A DNA stretch of 57,137 nucleotides from Burkholderiales bacterium (GTDB lineage: Bacteria > Pseudomonadota > Gammaproteobacteria > Burkholderiales > SG8-41), in the NCBI GenBank assembly GCA_046313915.1, contig JBKBXX010000005.1, positions 1 through 57,137 of the forward strand, given 5' to 3'. Position numbers and translations under genes: made by a program. Below the pieces are notes generated by a model. That model was not told the origin of the DNA. It saw only the letters and a list, made by a program, of their open reading frames with translations, and made no database searches. Shown piece after piece: positions 53,832 through 57,137 of the stretch. The number at the start of each line of letters is the position of its first letter. Position 1 is the stretch's first letter.

Positions 53832-53846
53832 TTTACAATCGTTTAC
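53832..53846 (-). promoter_or_regulatory. CpxR-type box GTAAA-N5-GTAAA
   Basis: GTAAACGATTGTAAA on the minus strand, between the cpx remnant and the divergent efflux operon. Confidence 0.6.
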
Positions 53847-54038
53847 GCGGCAAGTCCTCGGTAACGCCGGCAGGATGAGGGTGGCATGGAGTGCCCGTCG
53901 TTGCGGCAGGCAGGAGCTGCCGGCCGCGGCCGAGTGGCAAATGCGGCTGCAGCGCATTTCCGCGACGTCGGCGGCGGTTCAAGCGGGTATTGTTTTATAA
54001 CGCTTTGTTTTAATTGAAATAATTATTCTGAAAGCGAA

Positions 54039-55484
54039 ATGAAACATCGAAGCGGCATCATCAGGGCAGTTTGGGGATGCCTGGCCATGGCGATGGTTTC
54101 GGCCGCGGAATCCGACGACGCGGTTTTTCTCGATCCTCGTGGCGTTGTCGCGAAAACCACCGCCCAGCCGCACCAGTACTGGCGACCGCAAACTCCGCTC
54201 ACCGTGACGGCCCCGCGCCGTGCCGAGCAGCTGGACACCCAGGCCCCGCTCACGCTGTCCCAACTCACCGAGTTTGCATTGCGCAACAATCCCAAGACGC
54301 GTCAGGCCTGGCTTGCCGCGCGTGCGGCCGCCGCTGGCGTGGCGATCGAGCAGGCCGATCTGTTGCCGCAAATCACGGCCAATGTGGGCGTGACGCGCAC
54401 CTTGCCGGTTTCCGCGACGACGGGATCGGTTGCGCCGTGGATCACGCGCTACGGCCCTTCGATCAGCCTGAGTTATGTGCTGTTCGATTTTGGTGTCCAG
54501 GCGAACCAGGTCGAGGCCGCCGAGTACCGCCTGCTGGCGGCGAATCTTGCCCAGAACCGCATTTTGCAGGACGTCGTGTTCCAGGTGGAACAGGCGTATT
54601 ACCGCCTGATCGGTCTCGACGCGCTGGTGCAGGCCAACGAACTCACGCTCGGCAACATCAGGACGGCTTACGAGGCGGCGCAGAAACGGCGGGAGTCGGG
54701 GCTTGCCACGATTGCCGACGTCTACCGCGTCGAGACGCAGGTGGCGCAGGCCCAGCTCAATCTCGTCCGCAGCCGCGGCGATCTCGAAAAAGCGCGCGGT
54801 CAGCTGGCGGCGGCGGTCGGTTTGCCGGTCAATGGCGTCCTCAAAGTGCAAGCGTTCTCCGCCTTGCCGCGGATCCGCGAAATCACGGCCTCGCTTACCG
54901 ACCTGCTCGATCGCGCCAAAGCGGCGCGGCCCGACCTGGTGGCGGCGGAAGCGCAGGCCCGGGCCGTCCGCGCGACGGCGGAGGCGGTGTCCAAAGCCGG
55001 CTTGCCGTCGCTCGAAATCGCGGGCACCGCGGGGCGCACGGCATTCCAGGACAACCGCCCGATCGTCAACAACTATGCGCTGGGACTGAATCTGCGCATC
55101 CCGCTATTCAGCGGTCTTCGCGATACTTACACGGTGCGCCAGGCCGAAGCGCAGGCCGCGCAGGCCGAGGCGGCACGCGATGCGTTGTATCAGCAGACCG
55201 AACTCGACGTATGGCAGTCTTATTATGATCTGCAGAGCGCGGCGGGCGGCATCGGCAGCACCGAGGCGCAGGTGAAATCGGCGGAACAGACGGCACAGGC
55301 GGCGCTGGCGCGCTACCGCGCCGGTTTCGGCAGCATCCTGGACTTGATCACGGCACAGCAGGACGAGTCCAATGCGCGGGTGCAGCGCATCCAGTCGTAT
55401 CTGGACTGGTTTGTCGCACTCGCGCGGCTCAATTTCTCGCTGGGAGCGGACAACATTCTTGCAGTGGCGGACGACAGAAAATGA
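54039..55484 (+). CDS. TolC-family outer-membrane efflux protein
   Basis: ALRNNP, LFDFG, V.QAYY, LRIPLFSG and RYRAG; two OEP repeats. Confidence 0.9.
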   Translation: MKHRSGIIRAVWGCLAMAMVSAAESDDAVFLDPRGVVAKTTAQPHQYWRPQTPLTVTAPRRAEQLDTQAPLTLSQLTEFALRNNPKTRQAWLAARAAAAGVAIEQADLLPQITANVGVTRTLPVSATTGSVAPWITRYGPSISLSYVLFDFGVQANQVEAAEYRLLAANLAQNRILQDVVFQVEQAYYRLIGLDALVQANELTLGNIRTAYEAAQKRRESGLATIADVYRVETQVAQAQLNLVRSRGDLEKARGQLAAAVGLPVNGVLKVQAFSALPRIREITASLTDLLDRAKAARPDLVAAEAQARAVRATAEAVSKAGLPSLEIAGTAGRTAFQDNRPIVNNYALGLNLRIPLFSGLRDTYTVRQAEAQAAQAEAARDALYQQTELDVWQSYYDLQSAAGGIGSTEAQVKSAEQTAQAALARYRAGFGSILDLITAQQDESNARVQRIQSYLDWFVALARLNFSLGADNILAVADDRK

Positions 55485-56710
55485 AACGTTTGACGATGGC
55501 GGTGGTGTTCATGGTGGTCGGGGCCGTGGTTGCGGCAGGCTACTGGTACTGGCAGCGGCCGGGAAGCGGTGGCGAGACGGTTGGCGGCAAGCCGGCTGAA
55601 ACCGCGGGCAAAGGCAAGGGCAAGGGAGGCGGCGGGGGCGGCGCGCTGGTCGTCAAGGCCGTGCAGGCGGTTGCCAAGCCGATGCCGGTCCTGATCGAGG
55701 CCGTGGGCACGGTGGAATCGGAACACAGCGTCCAGGTCAAAGCCCAGGTTTCGGGCATATTGCAGTCGGTGCTGTTCAAGGAAGGCGACAAGGTCAAGGC
55801 CGGCCAGCTGCTGTTCCAGATCGATCCGCGCACTTTCGAAGCTTCGTACAAACAGGCGCTCGCCCAGCTCGCGCGCGACCAGGCTCAGCTCGAGAACTCC
55901 CGTGTCCAGCAGGAACGGCTCGAACCGCTGCTGAAACGCGAATTCATCACCCGCCAGGAATACGATGTCGCCGTGACTTCCGTCAAATCCCTGGAAGCGA
56001 CGGTTGCCGCCGACCGCGCCCAGGTTGAGCAGGCCCGCCTGCAGCTCGAATTCTCGCGCATCCATGCGCCGATCACCGGACGCACCGGTGCCCTCGCGAT
56101 CAAGCCCGGCAATCTGGTGACCGCGGGCGGCGGCGGGGCGGCGCTGGTCACCATCAACAGCACCGATCCGATCTTGGTTTCTTTCAGCATTCCCGAGCGC
56201 CAGCTCGACCAGATCCGCAACCAGCAGAACGAAAAGGAAATGCGGATCCTGATCTTCGTGGACAGCAACGGACCTCCCGTGGCGGAAGGCAAACTGGTGT
56301 TCATAGACAACACCGTCACGCCCCAGACGGGCACGGTGCTGTTGAAAACGCGCGTGGACAATGGCAAGGAATTGCTGTGGCCGGGACAGTTCGTAAACGT
56401 CCGCATCGTGCTGAGAATCGAGCCCGAGGCGGTGGTCGTGCCTGAAGCTGCGGTGCAACCCGGACAGGACGGCAGTTTCGTCTATCTGATAGACGAAAAC
56501 AACAAGGTGCAGGTGCGGCCGGTCAGGATATCGCGGCAGATACGCAATGAAGTGGTCATCGCCGAGGGCGTCAAGGCCGGCGATCGCGTGATCACTGAAA
56601 TCCCTCAGGCCCTGCAGCCGGGCGCGACCGTGCGTTTGGCGGGCGCCGAAGGCGGTGGTGAAAAAGACGGGAAAGGCAAAGGAGAGAAGAAGGGCAAGAA
56701 TAAATCGTAA
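55481..56710 (+). CDS. RND membrane-fusion protein (MdtA-like)
   Basis: VSGILQSVLFKEG..VKAGQLLFQIDP, IHAPITGRTG, FIDN.V...TGT, LWPGQFV. Confidence 0.92.
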   Translation: MKRLTMAVVFMVVGAVVAAGYWYWQRPGSGGETVGGKPAETAGKGKGKGGGGGGALVVKAVQAVAKPMPVLIEAVGTVESEHSVQVKAQVSGILQSVLFKEGDKVKAGQLLFQIDPRTFEASYKQALAQLARDQAQLENSRVQQERLEPLLKREFITRQEYDVAVTSVKSLEATVAADRAQVEQARLQLEFSRIHAPITGRTGALAIKPGNLVTAGGGGAALVTINSTDPILVSFSIPERQLDQIRNQQNEKEMRILIFVDSNGPPVAEGKLVFIDNTVTPQTGTVLLKTRVDNGKELLWPGQFVNVRIVLRIEPEAVVVPEAAVQPGQDGSFVYLIDENNKVQVRPVRISRQIRNEVVIAEGVKAGDRVITEIPQALQPGATVRLAGAEGGGEKDGKGKGEKKGKNKS

Positions 56711-56733
56711 GTAAAATCATAGGGTTATATATA

Positions 56734-57137
56734 ATGAATTTGTCCAGGATTTTCATCGAAAGGCCGGTTGCAACGAGCGTGCTGGTCGCCGCCATCGTGT
56801 TTTTTGGCGTGTTCGCTTTCCGCACGCTGCCGGTCAACGAGCTGCCCAATGTCGATTTCCCGACGATCCAGGTGACCGCCGAGCTGCGAGGCGCCAATCC
56901 CGAGGTCATGGCCTCCACGGTGGCCACGCCGCTCGAGCGCCAGTTCAGCCAGATTTCGGGCGTCGAAACCATGAACTCGTCCAGCACCACCGGCCGCACC
57001 AGGATCACCCTGCAGTTCAGCCTGGAGCGCGATATCGATTCGGCCGCCCAGGACGTGCAGACCGCCATCTCGCAGGCGATGCGCCGGCTGCCGGCCGATG
57101 TCGATCCGCCCACGCTGCGCAAGGTCAATCCCGCCGA
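56734..57137 (+). CDS. RND permease (MdtB/C-like), 3' end runs off the window
   Basis: MNLSRIFIERPVAT...LPNVDFPTIQV...GANPEVMASTVATPLERQF (translated by hand). Confidence 0.92.
   Translation, partial: MNLSRIFIERPVATSVLVAAIVFFGVFAFRTLPVNELPNVDFPTIQVTAELRGANPEVMASTVATPLERQFSQISGVETMNSSSTTGRTRITLQFSLERDIDSAAQDVQTAISQAMRRLPADVDPPTLRKVNPA

Noticed and set aside
55600-55645. GGCAAG / GGC repeats in the MFP gene
   Set aside because: They encode a Gly/Lys low-complexity linker common in MdtA-like proteins, not a contingency locus.

Overview
High-GC chromosomal window. Gene content and order (alaC-hom-thrC, clpB, recQ, rhlE, yciO-S2P-trpS-scpAB, Bug/TctC) point to a Betaproteobacterium, and the sulfur genes suggest a sulfur oxidiser. 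I saw no rRNA, tRNA, CRISPR array, integrase or transposase. The main accessory content is: (i) sat-aprB-aprA with no adjacent aprM or qmo, followed by a YkgJ-type Cys-cluster protein, a CbbQ/NirQ/NorQ AAA+ ATPase and a CbbO/NorD-like VWA protein, with no RuBisCO or NO-reductase genes in the window. This is the best candidate for an undescribed system, an AAA+/VWA maturation module for APS reductase. (ii) A YeiH/PSE putative sulfate exporter followed by an unannotated 41-aa membrane peptide, a USP and a membrane-anchored hypothetical protein. (iii) TauE plus a multi-rhodanese protein. Several intergenic spaces hold deletion remnants: an in-frame cydA'-'cydB fusion, a collapsed cpxRA-like pair with a surviving CpxR box, a gene stub behind a TetR operator, a duplicated alaC 3' end and a PHP gene with an in-frame stop. 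Seven IHF-like sites recur at gene junctions. All calls come from reading motifs by eye; no database searches were run.
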